This document shows positions 1 through 21,022 of a stretch of DNA of 64,000 bases, in pieces. Below the pieces are notes generated by a model. The model was given only the letters and a program-made list of their open reading frames with translations. It made no database searches and had not been told where the DNA came from. The stretch's first letter is position 1. Each line of letters begins with the position of its first letter. Position numbers and translations under genes: made by a program. Source of the DNA: Podarcis bocagei (Eukaryota); the NCBI GenBank assembly GCA_964188305.1, contig OZ076892.1. The stretch is one strand, 5' to 3'.

Positions 1-394
1 AATGTGAATTTACCCTTTAGCGAAGTCAGACTTTGGGCTCACCTTGCCTTGTGTTGTCTACAGGGAGATTCAGGTTCATCAGATGATTGGGAAGGGGGGC
101 TCTTTAATTCTTTATTTCTCAGCCATTTATCCAAAATTCCTGCTGCCTCCTCTCCCACCCACTGTTTTCCTCTGCTAGATGTAAAGGATATAAGGCCCTA
201 GTATCTTTTGTTGTCTCTTGTGCAAAAAAACCAGTTCTGGAGAGGTGTGATTCAGAATGACTCAAGAAGAAGAATTTAATCAAATCCCCTCTTCTTCAAC
301 CCCCGGTCCGCCACTCACCTTGGTTGCCTTACCTGTTTTTTTTTAAAAAGCCATTGAGGATAGAAAATAGCAAAAGAGCTACACTTCTGATTAT

Positions 395-985
395 AATTAA
401 AACTTGATTGATTTGTTACCAAAGCAACTCAAATTGACTTACAATAAATAATCAAACACATACATTGAAACCATCATAAAACAAAACATAGGAAAATCTA
501 AAAGAAAATCCTCTTCTTATAAGGCAGGATTGAAACATCCTGCCCACTCAAAGAGGCCCTTGATATTTAAGAGCCAAATGCCTGGTAAAAAAGAAATGTT
601 TTTGCATGGCACCTAAAGCTATGTAATGATGGTGCCAGGTGATCTTCCTTGTGGAGAACATTCCACAAGTGGGGAGCCACCACTGAAAGGGCCTGTTCTC
701 ATGTTGCTACCCTCCAAACCTCACAAGAAAGGGGCACACGTAGAAGGACCTCAGATGATGATTGCAGAGTCTGGGTTGGTTTATATGGGAAGTGGCAATC
801 CTTGAGGTATTGTGGTTCTGAGCCACATAAGGCTTTGTGGGTCGAAAACAGCCCTTTGAATTGGGTTCAGAAACTAATTAGCAGCCAGTGCAGTTTGGCC
901 AGGATTGTTGTTATATGCTCAAACTGTCCTGCTCTAGTGAGCAACCTGACCACTGAATTCTGCACCAGCTGCAGTTTCTGAATTT
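395..985 (-). mobile_element. Old L2-clade LINE 3' fragment
   Basis: Reverse complement of ~575-700 reads GGCCCTTTCAGTGGTGGCTCCCCACTTGTGGAAT (AFSVVAPHLWN-like), homologous to the L2 ORF2 end at ~46610-46730. Boundaries approximate. Confidence 0.7.
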
Positions 986-1134
986 CCTTCAAATGAGATC
1001 ATCAGCATTGATCTTCTCAACTCGTTTTTAGTTTGGTGAAAACATTCACCAAAGAGTTGCCAAAGAATTGATTGTCTTGATTATTCTCTGCAAGAAAATG
1101 CAACATTCTTAAAGACCAAAGTGTTGTGTGGCAC

Positions 1135-1290
1135 TACAGCCTGTATAGGTCTACTCTGAATTAAATCCCACTTGAGTTCAATATGGCTTGGTTCCAGGTA
1201 AGTGGCTAAAGGATTGCAACTTACTCTGAAGTAAGTTCCAGTGAGTTCAATGGATTTCTTGTCTGGTAAGTATGTGCAGGATTATAGTTA
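1135..1290. repeat. Two tandem copies of a short (~80-90 bp) palindromic interspersed repeat
   Basis: Motif ACTCTGAAGTAAGTTCCAGTGAGTTCAATGG...GTAAGT...AGGATT. Related copies at ~19890-19930, ~29260-29330, ~29810-29870 and 52029-52118. Unclassified. Confidence 0.55.
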
Positions 1291-2498
1291 CCTTTTGAGC
1301 TGTCATTGGCAAAGCTCTGCTTCATCATGTGCCAAAAAACACCTTAAACTAGGATGCAAATACTGAATCTTGAACTCCTCAAACACAGGATAGAATATTT
1401 GATCAGTGAAGTATTTGTTGATTTCATTATGAAAATGTTCCTTCTGCTAAGGTGTTTTATTTTTAAAAGAATCCTACTGCTTTCGCTTCCTCTATAGATC
1501 CAAATGTTTGTCATTTTTAATCTGCCAGAATATTAAAGAAAGATCTGACAGTTTAATGTCATCTTATTCCCAGGTTGCTATTCTGTTGTCATTGCGATTT
1601 TGACTAAGCCAAGGCATACGTAGCTGAAGAAATTTCTCTAGTTTTCACACCATTGGTGGTGTGGAATTATTTGAGCTCGTTTCATGGAATAGTGCATGTA
1701 GTAAATCATTCTGCAAGTGAAAAGCATTCCCTGCCAATTGAATTGCTTACAGACTTTTCAAAGTGTTAAGTACTCACCAAATTTTATCCAGCTCAGTCTG
1801 GAATAGTAAGACTTTTTCAGTCTTGCAGTCATGTTTCTGATCAGTTTTGCTTACTAAATCACATAGCAAGCTTGCATGGTGTTGTTTGGTGATACTCTCA
1901 CCTTAAAACTGTTTGAAAATGTCATAGTTAAAATGGAGGAATGGCATATGTGGTATTCTTGCAGATTTGATTGATGTTAGTCATTTGTACTGATCTTTAG
2001 ACCATCTTCTGCTCAAGGGTGCTCATTCTTTAGCGTTCAAGTGCTTAATAACTTCATCCTGTCTCAAATTAACATTCTCTTTTCACAGTTTACTGCCATG
2101 AACGTTTTCAATTAGCTATGGAGCGGGAACTCCCAGGGCACTTGCAAGAGATCAACAGACAGATGTTCAGATCAAGGAAACTCTGCATTGGTGCACAGGG
2201 ATGACTTCATCCCTAATCGCCTCTGCTAATAGAGTGCAAGCACAGCTGAGACAAATGGTGAGGTTGGCAAGGAGGAGGATAAGCTCAGGTCCCTTTTCCT
2301 CCTGAACAACTACATTGAACAGTTGGAGGTCCATACTTTGTATGGAATATCACTTATGTGTTAAGATGGAAAGCAGCTTTTAAAAGGGGCTGGATGACTT
2401 GTGCATCTGCTTAAGGTGCATGAACTGATTGACTGCAACATTTATGCCATTGTGTTCCGTAAGCTTGATGTTTTGTAACACAGCAATGTACATTTTAA

Positions 2499-10945
<8,447 letters not shown>

Positions 10946-13900
10946 GTGGTGATGCTGCTTTAAAGGGTTTCAAAAGTGCTGTTTTCTTGTGTTCTCTTTA
11001 CATCACCTGAACTACTTGCTAAAGCGAAAACTGTAAGTAAAAAAATGCAGTGATATTTCTAACGGTCAGAATGTTATTTATGTCAACAAGAAAATGGATT
11101 TATTTCACAAGCTCTTGAAGTAACTGAACAGTAAATACTCCATTTAGGGAAAGGTCCGCTGAAACCATTATCCTCTACTGACAGAGCCGTTTTCAATGCC
11201 TATTGCTAATCTAAAGCTTAGCCATATAATAGGAATTTCACACTAATGTGTTACCTTAAGGGGTTTAATCTTACTGCCTTGAAACTATCTAAAGGGGGTT
11301 AAATTCATTTTAGGTAATTTTTAAAAAACTGACATGACTGACTACATTTATGAAGCAGCATTTCCAGAAAGGGAGAGGGAGACTGAGTAACTGCTTAGGC
11401 CTTATGGTTCCTCACTCAATTACTGCTTCTTCTTTTTTAGAAAAGATAAAAATATCTGTATCTTCCTGCTGATACAGGCATCCTAAAAAAGTAGCAAATT
11501 GTTTGGCTTAGGTTATTTCTTTCAGTATGAGATGCTGAGAATGTATAATTAAGTCTTGATGGACCTTAATGGTTCACCAGAACTTTCTCATATCTTTCTC
11601 TATAAAATCAGGCATTTCAGAATGCTAGAAGTGCCATAACTTGGATCAGAGTGGGTAGGAACAAGTGGTCTTAGCTAAACTTTGAAGGGAGGTTTACCTC
11701 TTTATCAAATAATATTTAACACGTCAAAATCCAGTTTCTTGAGTACACACAAATCTGATGAAAACTCCATGGAAGTTACTAGCTTACCCCATTGTAACAT
11801 TGTTATAAAATAGCCACTAAAACCACTTCATTCACACTTGTTTCTCAAAAGGAGCTGTTTTCATGCCTTCTAGAATACCTTGAGTTCCTGTCTGTGGTTT
11901 CAAGCTTCAGCTGCTTAACTGCCATTGACTTCAGTGGAAGTTCAGCAGCCTCCAATGTTATTTTTCTCTTGAAACTAGTGTTGTTTCATTTGGGTGGAGC
12001 CCTCTCCCAGTTCTTGCCATATTGCTACATTTCCCTTTACAAGCAGTTCATTGCTTGTAAGCAGATTTGTACACAGAGATGCATTATTTTCAGACAGCTG
12101 CAGAACTTTAAAAAATGTATTTATTATACATTAAAAGCTCAGCTTTCATGGTGCTAATTGAGTTTGGGTCACTCCCTGCCCCTCAAAATTTCTGAACTGT
12201 GAAGTTGGACCAATGGAAAATATTTTGTGTCATTTTTAAAGAAGCTTTAAATGTTGAATGCAAAAATATTTCAAGGCATTTTGTAGAAAATCCAAACTAG
12301 AATCCCTATTATTATTCAATCTGTTACTTGTTTCTAAACTAGGTGCATTTATAAAAAGTGAGTGCATAAATTCACAGTACAACAAACTGTACAACAACCA
12401 AGTTTATTTTAAATATGAGATTGAAAATGTGGATTGTGTTCTTGAGAAATATAACAAACAGGGAGAAATTGAGAAGGTGCTATATTTCACTTCCTGCTAT
12501 CAGCTCTTTAAGACTGAACAGAATCCAATCGGTCACAAATCTTGATGAAATACTTCTGGCTACTACTGTTACCTTTGTATTCAGTCCTTGCATCAGTATT
12601 GTATCCTCAACCTGAAACTTCTGATGTGCTTAGAAACAGGAAATTATTGGGCAACTATTTAATAGCTGAGATCATACAAAGCGTATCAACATTCCACCTC
12701 CTATCTGTCTATTTACTGAAATTAGTTGAAAGCTTGGTAAAAATTACTCGGTTTATTTTAAATGTTTCATTTCAAAACCATGGTGAAGGCTCTTTGTCAC
12801 AAACCTTTACTTTGTTTTGTGTTTTTTCCTTAATGGATCATGCCTGTCTGTTACACTACAAGAAAATTGTGAAACCACGAGTTTATAAAACTAATTATAT
12901 TTTTATTGAAGTTACGTATTGATTTTTAGGCATGTAAAGCTTTTTGCAGGAATACAATATGTGAAGAACAATTGAAATGAATTGGGGAGGCCAGGCAAGG
13001 TGCATATGTATTCAGAAGGTTCTTGTCTTACCATTTTGTATATGTAATCTTCCATTACTGTTAAATAGTAAAGGGAAGTATTTTATTTTTATTTTTTTAA
13101 GCGAATTAACTAAAAGTTTGATATTACCTTCAATTGCACAAGAAAAGCATCCTTCATACTGACACACTTTTTTCCATTTTAAAGCCCATGGGTTGCTATC
13201 AGTTCACTCTTCAAATTTACACACTTGCCATGTAGCAGACTTGAGGCTGAAACCAGTTTGTTGATCATGTTACCTATCTTGGAGTGTGAGCTGTTTGGAT
13301 TTAGGGAGTTTTTGTTTAGAGCACTTTTTCAGACATACAGCAGGTCTTCCCTCTGTTTTAGGATTTTAAAAAGATAAACGCATATTGCTAACTATAGTGT
13401 TTTATTTCTTCCCCTCCCCCCATTTAATTTGTGGAGAAGCAGATTCAGTGCTCTGTTCTGTGATGGGCGAAAAGCTTCCATTTATACTTCGGGCTGCAAT
13501 TCCAATACACACTTGCTTGAGAGTAGATTGCATTACACTTGCATTATTCCCATAGAGATGTGCTGTGGATGACATCCTTACAGTGTTCATCCTGTTGTGC
13601 TCAATGGGAAAACTCTTTCAGTGGATCAGCACTGCACTTGTTTGGGCTAGTTAAGATTAATTTAGCATGTGATACAGGCTAGTAGTAGGAAGAAGGGCAT
13701 GAGGGCAATTGGGATCACAGGTACCCCACTCTTAGGCCCACTGGGCATCTAAACATAAAAAGTAATATTTACATAGGACCGGCAAACACACAATTAAATG
13801 ATTGCAGGTCCAGATTATGATCTTATTATTCTAGGAAATGTTTACCTGTATAGTTTGGGCCTTCATGTGCTTTGGCACATGTCCAACTGATGGGCATTTT

Positions 13901-14620
13901 GGTTGGTGTAGAGGTAAGATTAGTAGACAGGGCATGGGGTGGGATGATTCTCTTCTCTTGTTTCCCATCCCCGTAATCTGACCATATTTTATTTTTCTTA
14001 ACCAGCCCTTTGACTGTAGCATAAGCAACTTATTTGGAAACATGGTGTTGGAATCAATGGAGCTTGCTTCCAATTAACCATGGCTTCAACAGCTTCACCA
14101 ATAGAGGCTGTATTCCTTGTTCTTAGCTTGAAAACACATTGTGGCATTCAGCTAGTTGCTGCATTTTTAAAGCACTTATTTAATCATTTAAAATGAAAAT
14201 GTACAGTTGGTGCTCAAAGTAATGTTAAAATATATTTAATAGAAATGTGCATTTGATATTCATGGGCATGGGTACATATATTTTTTTAAGAAAAAAGGAA
14301 TTGTAATACTATGGCACTGTTTTTTATAGCCAAAGTATAAAACTTTTAGAAAACTGACATGTAAAAGACTGTAGATCTTGCATTATCTGACTGACAGGAT
14401 GACTTACTTTATAAGATACTTTCCCGCACATTAAGCTGCATGCCTTAAGTTCTCTCTAGGTTTGTCTTGTTTGGAAACTACGGAAGCAAACTTTGTAGTA
14501 CAACTTTGACTACCTTCTGAAATACTGTACATTGTTAGAATAATTTATTTTGCTTTACAGAAGTTTTGTCATGTATTGACTAATTGTATTTTGGTAATAA
14601 ACTCCTTTGTTAAACACATC
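10946..14620 (+). other. ZNF507: Probable ZNF507 3'UTR (~3.7 kb) ending after AATAAA 14596-14601
   Basis: AT-rich stretch with few recognisable repeats; UGUA motifs upstream of the AATAAA. The end point is inferred. Confidence 0.55.
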
Positions 14621-14789
14621 AATATTGTGCTCTCGATTGCATATGCTTTACTGAACACAAGAAAGTTAGCTTGTAAATATAGCCTTTCTCTTTGTTTAAA
14701 AATGCACACATATACCTAAACATGCTAAAAGAGCCAGTGTAATTATTGAATAAATACCTGAGCTATGAATCAGTGAATCTACAACTCAT

Positions 14790-14955
14790 AACAGTGCATG
14801 AACTCCCTAAGTTTCCTGAATTGCTTATCTAGGTTACCCTAAGCCCCCTCCCCGCCCCCAGTATGGGGTGACCTACTTCAGCAGGTGGTTCTAAAGAATG
14901 GCTGTGATAATATGTATCGAGACTCTTGAACACCAAAGCGCTATATAAATGCTGT
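14790..14955 (+). mobile_element. Old MIR/CORE-like SINE remnant
   Basis: ACCTACTTCAGCAGGTGGTT...AAAGCGCTATATAAATGCT tail. Confidence 0.4.
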
Positions 14956-15499
14956 TTTGTATCACCTGAATTCCTCCCAAGCCATATACTGACCATGGAT
15001 GGTGATGCCTTTGAGGCTTAATTAAACCACCTGTTTGTGTTGCCTGCCTAGGACAACAAAGGGAGGGCAAGGGGCTTACTGAGGATGCTCTGTGTTCAAT
15101 GAGCTGTGAGCCGTAAACTGAGAAAGGGATATGCTTCCTGTTTTTCTAGTGAGCCTAATTTAGCACTTTGCCTTCATGTATGATAGGCATGTAAAAGTTG
15201 ACTATGAACTGAATTATAGTTGTCATGTTAGGGGATTCTTCAGCTAACTTTTTTTAATTCTCAATTACTATATGTGTCAGAGCTTTGCAATATCTGTAAA
15301 AACACATTACTGTTGTCTATGCATACCTTACCACTTATTTGGGACTTTCTTGTGTAAGGCAGTCTCCTGAGACAAACTTGATTGGTCACGGAGAGTAAGA
15401 ACACAAAGGGAGACGGATCTTCTGATCACCGTTTCCGTGTTCTATGCCACAAGCTCTCACAAATTGAACATTTGGCAGAAACATGTGATGTAATTCTGT

Positions 15500-15790
15500 T
15501 TAATCTGAAAAAAATTGAAAAAGTATATCCTATCTTCAAGGTGGCTTATAATTTCAATTAAAATCACTACAAACAAAAACAAGCAGTTAAAAATCATCAA
15601 ATATGGTTGAAGTGAATTACTATTTTAAAAAACCAACTTGAGTGAATGGGACAAGTTTGGCTTGGCATCCCAAAGCTATTCATGACAGAGCTGGTCTAAT
15701 CTCCTTGGAGAGCAAATTCCAGAGCCAGGAAGCCTCTTTGAGATAATCCTCTGGTAGCCACCAACTTAATCCCTGAAGAAAAAGAGTATT
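15500..15790 (-). mobile_element. Old L2 3' fragment
   Basis: CAAGGTGGCTTA tail and GAGAGCAAATTCCAGAGCC...GAGATAATCCTCT resemble the reverse complement of an L2 3' end. Confidence 0.45.
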
Positions 15791-16721
15791 AGAAAACCAG
15801 TAAGTAAAAAATATAAATAAATACTAAAGCATATCTAGCAATAAAGTTCTGCACTATATTTGTGTGCCTAATTCTGCTCTAGTAGTCCCACAATACCGAG
15901 TCACAAAGGTTTGAATATTTTCATGAGGCATACTTGCCCAAGTAGAGTATTAGATGCGAGGAACTTGCTAGATGGGTGTGGCTCATTTCCTTTAAGAACT
16001 GCCCTGCTGGATCAGACCAAAGACCTATCTCATACAACACTTGGTTTTCATTCAATATTTTTGTTTTGCCAGGTTTTCCCAAACTGGTCCATTCAGGTGG
16101 CATGTGGTGTGTATGTGGCTTTGTGGTTGAAGATGGGAGACAGCACATCCATTGCATTAAATGTTCATAGTGATACTTAATTTTTATTTTATTATTTTAT
16201 TTCTTGCATTTCATTTTATTGTACTGAAATCTAAATTCTATAGAATCCAAATTGTTATACAATAAACCAACAATATATAGGAATTAAAAGAAGCAATAAA
16301 AGTAAAAATCCTAGCGTCTAGCACAGTGCATTACAGCTGCTACAAGAGGCAGAAACATTAGGTGCTACACGAAACCCTCAGCAGTTTTCAAGTGGTCCAT
16401 GGCAGAAAAAGTTTGGGAACCACAGCCCTAGGAAATAAAATGGGGGCATGAAGAAAACAGCTGTTTGTCCTCCAGTATACTGCCTACTGGAGCCCTTGAG
16501 ACAAATGGAGATGTGGGGGGATGGAAGGCCTTTAATATTTATTCATTTACTGCATTTATATTCCACATTTTTCTCCATAAAGCTCAAGGTGGCTTATATG
16601 GTTATCCCCCTCTTATTACTAGACCTCAGTGGTGGTGGTAGCTAAGGAGCTGGACATCTAGGAACATAGTTTTAATTATTAAAAACTGTGGGGAATGCCA
16701 GTACATCCTAGTGGTCTGACA

Positions 16722-16854
16722 TAAGGTTACCAGACATCCCCATTTACCGGGTACAGTCCCCGGATTTACAAATTGGTCCCCTGACAAAATCCATCTATTT
16801 AGTAGGAAGTTGAAAAGTGTCCCGGGATTCATTGAAAAAAATCTGGTAACCTTA
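16722..16854. mobile_element. hAT-type MITE (133 bp)
   Basis: 13-bp TIRs TAAGGTTACCAGA / TCTGGTAACCTTA; degenerate 8-bp TSD GTCTGACA / GACTAACA. Confidence 0.75.
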
Positions 16855-17309
16855 GACTAACAGGATATGAGAATGATGGCACTGGAGACTGCATTGCATC
16901 AGCAAAGGATGAACTGATAGATTTAATCAAAGTGGGAAAGGCGTCCTCTGAAATGAAAGTTGCAGAAAAACAACCTGTTTATTCCTGCAGACTTTTCTTT
17001 CCTTTTTTTAATACTGTTTTTATTTATTTCCATTGTACAGAAGATAAATTTTGAGAAAACAATTGTTGTAACAGTAAACAACAAGTAACTTGTCTTGATA
17101 AAATTACAGACTTTTATCATGTCATGTGTTAAAAGTTTCGTTTGGTTACTCTGAGCTGCATAGGACTGAGCTGCAACAATTGGAAGTGTCTCCAAAATGA
17201 TCCAGTGAAACCAGAAATTCCTTTAGCTTCCATCTTGGTGCAGAGCTGGCACATGTGGTGCCCTCCGGATGTTGTTAGGCTGAAACTCCCATCATCCCAC
17301 TCTGAATTT

Positions 17310-17768
17310 CAGAAGAAGGGTCTCTTCCAGCCCTACCTGGAGATACCTTTGGGGATTGAACCTGGGATCTTCTACATGCAAATCTCAGCCCTTTAGGGGA
17401 CCTAGTGTAGACTGAGTTTCCTGATGGGCAGCAGCTCTCCAGGGTTTCAGAAGGGGATCTCTCTCCCCATCCCTACCTGGAGATGCCAGAGATTGCACTT
17501 GGCACCTTCTGCATGCAAAGCAGATGCTCTACCACCTGAGCTATGGCCTTTCTCCAAAGACATACAGGAACACAGGAAGCTCCCTTATACGGAGTCCGAC
17601 CAATGGTCCACCTAGCTCAGTGCTGTCTACACTGACAGGCAACATCTCTTCAAGGTTTCAGGCTGGGGGGTCTCTTCCCAGCCCCCCCCCCAATCTGGAG
17701 ATGCCAGGGGGCACTGAACCCGGGACCTTCTGCACGCAAAACAGGTGCTCTCTCTACCAACTGAACTA
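17310..17768 (-). mobile_element. Cluster of ~3 tRNA-Ala-derived SINE copies (Squam2-like)
   Basis: Repeated CCTACCTGGAGATGCC...ACCTTCTGCATGCAAAGCAGATGCTCTACCA motif. Confidence 0.75.
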
Positions 17769-17929
17769 AACGACTCACGTGCCCTTTATGGCCTCACAGC
17801 CTCTCTCCGCCCAACCTACCTCACAAGGTTGTTGTGAAGATCAAATCAAGGAGGGGGGGGTGAGTGAGTGTTCGTCACCTTGAGCTCCTCGGAGGACAAT
17901 GTGGGTTTAAAATACAAATCATGAGGGGC

Positions 17930-18660
17930 AGAGGGGAGGAGGGGGCGTCGGGAAACCCCTCCCCCTAGAAACTCCCCCCCAACCCGCATCTCCCCATTCG
18001 TGCCCACACACCTCCCCGCCTCAAAGAGCCCCTCTCCTCCCCCCCCCCGCCGCCTCACAAGCGGGAGGCGCCTCGCTCCGCCATCGCCTCCCGCCTCCCT
18101 TTCCCTCTCCCGCCTTCGTCCCTGAGGGAGGCTGAGGCGGCGGCGGCTCCATTCCTCCCTCCGTGACACACCGGGGCCGTCACCGCATGCCTGCCCGCCC
18201 CCCCGAGTAGGTAAGGGGCTTCGGGTGGGGATGGGGAAAAGGGGTCCCCTCAGGGCTGGCGGGGACACGCTTGGACCCGGAGAGCGAGGCCAAAAAAATA
18301 AAAAAGGCCGAGGCCGTGCTGGCGGCTGAGGGGACGAGGAGGAGGAGGCCTAGGCCGCCCCGCAACGCCCCCTCCCCCCAGCCCCTCGTGGGTGCCTCGC
18401 CTGGCCCACCCAGCGCACCCTGCGGAGGCTTCTCCCTCCTTCCCCGCTTCTCCGCCTTTCTCCGAAGGACGCCGTTTCTTGGCACAAATCTCAGCCCCTC
18501 CCAAGGCAGAGAAGAGGAACGACGCCTATATATACATTGTTCTAATTCTGTCTGTGTTTAATTGTGTTTTTAAAACGGTTTTCCTCCTTCTCTCCCCCGC
18601 CGCCGCCCCGCCTCTATGCTTTGAGCTCTTTCTGTTTTATCTGCAAGCCGCCTGGAGCCC
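17930..18660 (+). promoter_or_regulatory. DPY19L3: CpG island / DPY19L3 promoter
   Basis: The only dense non-coding CpG/GC-rich block in the window; multiple GC boxes (CCCCGCC); CACGTG E-box at ~17777; upstream of the first coding exon. Confidence 0.85.
18060..18210 (+). other. DPY19L3: Probable non-coding exon 1 of DPY19L3 (5' end approximate)
   Basis: Strong donor TAG|GTAAGG at 18210/18211 inside the CpG island. Confidence 0.65.
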
Positions 18661-18901
18661 CTGCCAATGGGGTGGGGGGGGGGGAGAGAGAGAGAGAGAG
18701 AGAGAGACTGGTATCGAAATAAATAGGAACAGGAGATGGAGGCTCCCCAGACAGACAAAACAGACACGTGTGCCTGTTTTTATGGAGGGTTTGGGGAAAA
18801 TAATGCACTGCCGACACTTTTCAGCATGCCACCTGTCTGTTTGTGCATAGCGATATTGGTTTGCAAGAGGGGGTGGGGGTGGGTATGGGGTCTCACCACC
18901 C

Positions 18902-19208
18902 CAGCTCAGGGAAGAAGCATCTACTTGGCATTCTGAAAAGCCCAGGTTCAGTTCCTCCCCAGAATCCTGGAGAGATGCTGCCAGCCAGGGTAGATAGCAC
19001 TGAAGCAGATGGGTCATTGATCTTGCTCTGTATAAGACAGCTTCTGAGGTTCCTAAGGTCCCAGGTTCAACCTGTGGCATCTCCAGGTAAGCCTGGGAGA
19101 GATACGCTACGTGAAACCCCCGGGGAGCCGCTGCTAGTCAGTGTAGACCGCACAGAGGTAGATGGTGCATTGATCTGACTCTGCATAAAGCGGTTTTCTA
19201 TGTTCCTA
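18902..19208 (+). mobile_element. Two tandem tRNA-derived SINE copies (Squam2-like)
   Basis: CAGCTCAG...CCCAGGTTCA...GGCATCTCCAGGTA...TGTTCCTA tail. Confidence 0.7.
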
Positions 19209-19210
19209 TA

Positions 19211-19432
19211 CAATGGTATCTCGGGTTACATACTTAATTCGTTCCGGAGGCCTGTTCTTAACCCGAAACTGTTCTTAACCTGAGGCGCACTTTCACTAAT
19301 GGGGCCTCCTGCTACCGCTGCGCCGTTGGTGCACAATTTCCTTTCTCATCCTGGGGTACTAGTTCCGGGTTAGTGGAGTTTGTAACCCGAAGCGTTTGTA
19401 ACCCAAAGTGTTTGTAACCTGAGGTACCACTG
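19211..19432. mobile_element. Tc1/mariner (Tigger/pogo-like) MITE
   Basis: TIRs CAATGGTATCTCGGGTTAC / GTAACCTGAGGTACCACTG with TA TSDs; same family as 47037-47262. Confidence 0.85.
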
Positions 19433-19661
19433 TATGTCTTTGGGGTCAGTGGAAGAGCATCTGCTTCGCATGCAGGTCACATTGAGTTCAACAGGACTTG
19501 TTCCCGTACATGCGTGTATAATTCATGTAATGAATTTTGGAGTTGACCCATTTTTTTGAAAATTCGATAATAGCCGTATTTCCACACACTCCTTTCCCCA
19601 CGGCTTGGTCTGGTGGTCATGTTTATTTGATCAACCAGGCTAACAAACCCACATTTATTCA

Positions 19662-19695
19662 GTGTGTGTGTGAGTGTGTGTGTGTGTGTGTGTGT
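19662..19695. repeat. (GT)n microsatellite
   Basis: Directly visible. Confidence 0.9.
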
Positions 19696-19721
19696 TTCCT
19701 TTCTGGCAAAACTAGAAAAGA

Positions 19722-19880
19722 TATTCTGCCTTACCCTGAGTCATAATGTTGGTCCATCTAGTTCAGTATTGTGTACACTGACTGGCAGTGGCTCTCCAGG
19801 ATTTCAGACAAGAGTCTCTCTTGGTTGTACCTGGAGATACCACAAATTGAACCAGGGATCTTCTGCATGCTCCAGCACTG
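19722..19880 (-). mobile_element. tRNA-derived SINE (Squam2-like)
   Basis: Reverse complement of the family at 18902-19208. Confidence 0.7.
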
Positions 19881-20919
19881 GTCCACCCCACAACTCAATG
19901 GGATTTACTCCCAGGTAAGCATGTATAGCAGGGCTGATGAACCTTTGCCTCTCCAGGATGAACCTTCGCCTTTTTGGATTACAGCTCCCATCAGCCTTGA
20001 CTATTAAGATGCTGGCTGTAGTTGATTGGAGATGTAGTTCAGCATCATCTGGAGGGCCAAATGTTTCCTGCCCCTGATGTCTAGGACTGTAGCTTTGTTG
20101 TGTCAAATGAAGTAGACTCCAGTCCATTAAAGTTTCTGCCACAATAAATCTGTGGTGCCCTGCATACTATTTTTACTGTGGAGAGATGGAACATATATCT
20201 CCTTATATCAAGTTTTTATTCCACTAATATCCGCTCTCTCTCCATGGAGCTCAGGGTAGCAAACGTGGTTCCTCTACTTCAACAGTCTGGCGGCCCAACA
20301 ACAACCCTGTAAGTTAAATTAGGCTGAGAGAAAATGGCGGACCCAAGTTCAGTCCGAGGGGAGATGGGACTCCTTGTGCTCATCTGATTTATATTGGAGC
20401 TGCTCACATGGAAGTCACAAACTGTACCACTTGCATTTTCATGAGCTTAAAAAATGCCTTAAAAATATTTCTATCTGCTACAGAAACAGGCACATCAGGA
20501 GCCCCCTAAAATATTAGGAAATTTGCAAGCATTCATACTTTTGAATGATACTCTTAAACTATTCCAATGGGGAATAAATTAAATGAGCTATGTTTTACTC
20601 TGTGTCCTTTGCACTGTTATCTGCGAGTTATCTCAAATGGTTCTGTGCATTTGATAATAAAATATTTATTTTGCTAATTTATTTTTGACAAGTTGAAACA
20701 ATATGATTATTTATTCTTGGATATTTTGCAAAAATAGCAAGACGGTAATTTAAGTAATGATTTCCTGCTATCTGTGAAATATATAGCCATATATTTTTGC
20801 ATACATTTTAAGGGTGTTAGTAATGATAGAGTGTTAAATGTTTAATTGCTTCCATATTACTTTATGTATGTATATTTAGGAACCAGCACAAAGTATAATG
20901 TGTGACTATTACTGACATC

Positions 20920-21022
20920 ATGACAGCTGTTAGACAGAGAAAGGGAATAAAAGCCACAGAAGTTCCAGAAGAGAGTGTATTCCACGAGAAGAACTGGAAA
21001 CTTAATGGGAAAACTCTAGCTG
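20920..21022 (+). CDS. DPY19L3: DPY19L3 exon 2 coding part ([15 protein letters not shown]...); exon starts at 20880
   Basis: TTTAG acceptor ends 20879, GTAGGT donor; similar to human MMSIRQRREIRATEV. Confidence 0.88.

Noticed and set aside
1490-2300. Possible upstream non-coding ZNF507 exons (acceptor-like sites at ~1497 and ~2088)
   Set aside because: No convincing paired donor or other support; needs transcript data.
17846-19178. Many 65-152 aa ORFs around the CpG island
   Set aside because: Low-complexity GC-rich and SINE-derived frames typical of CpG islands.
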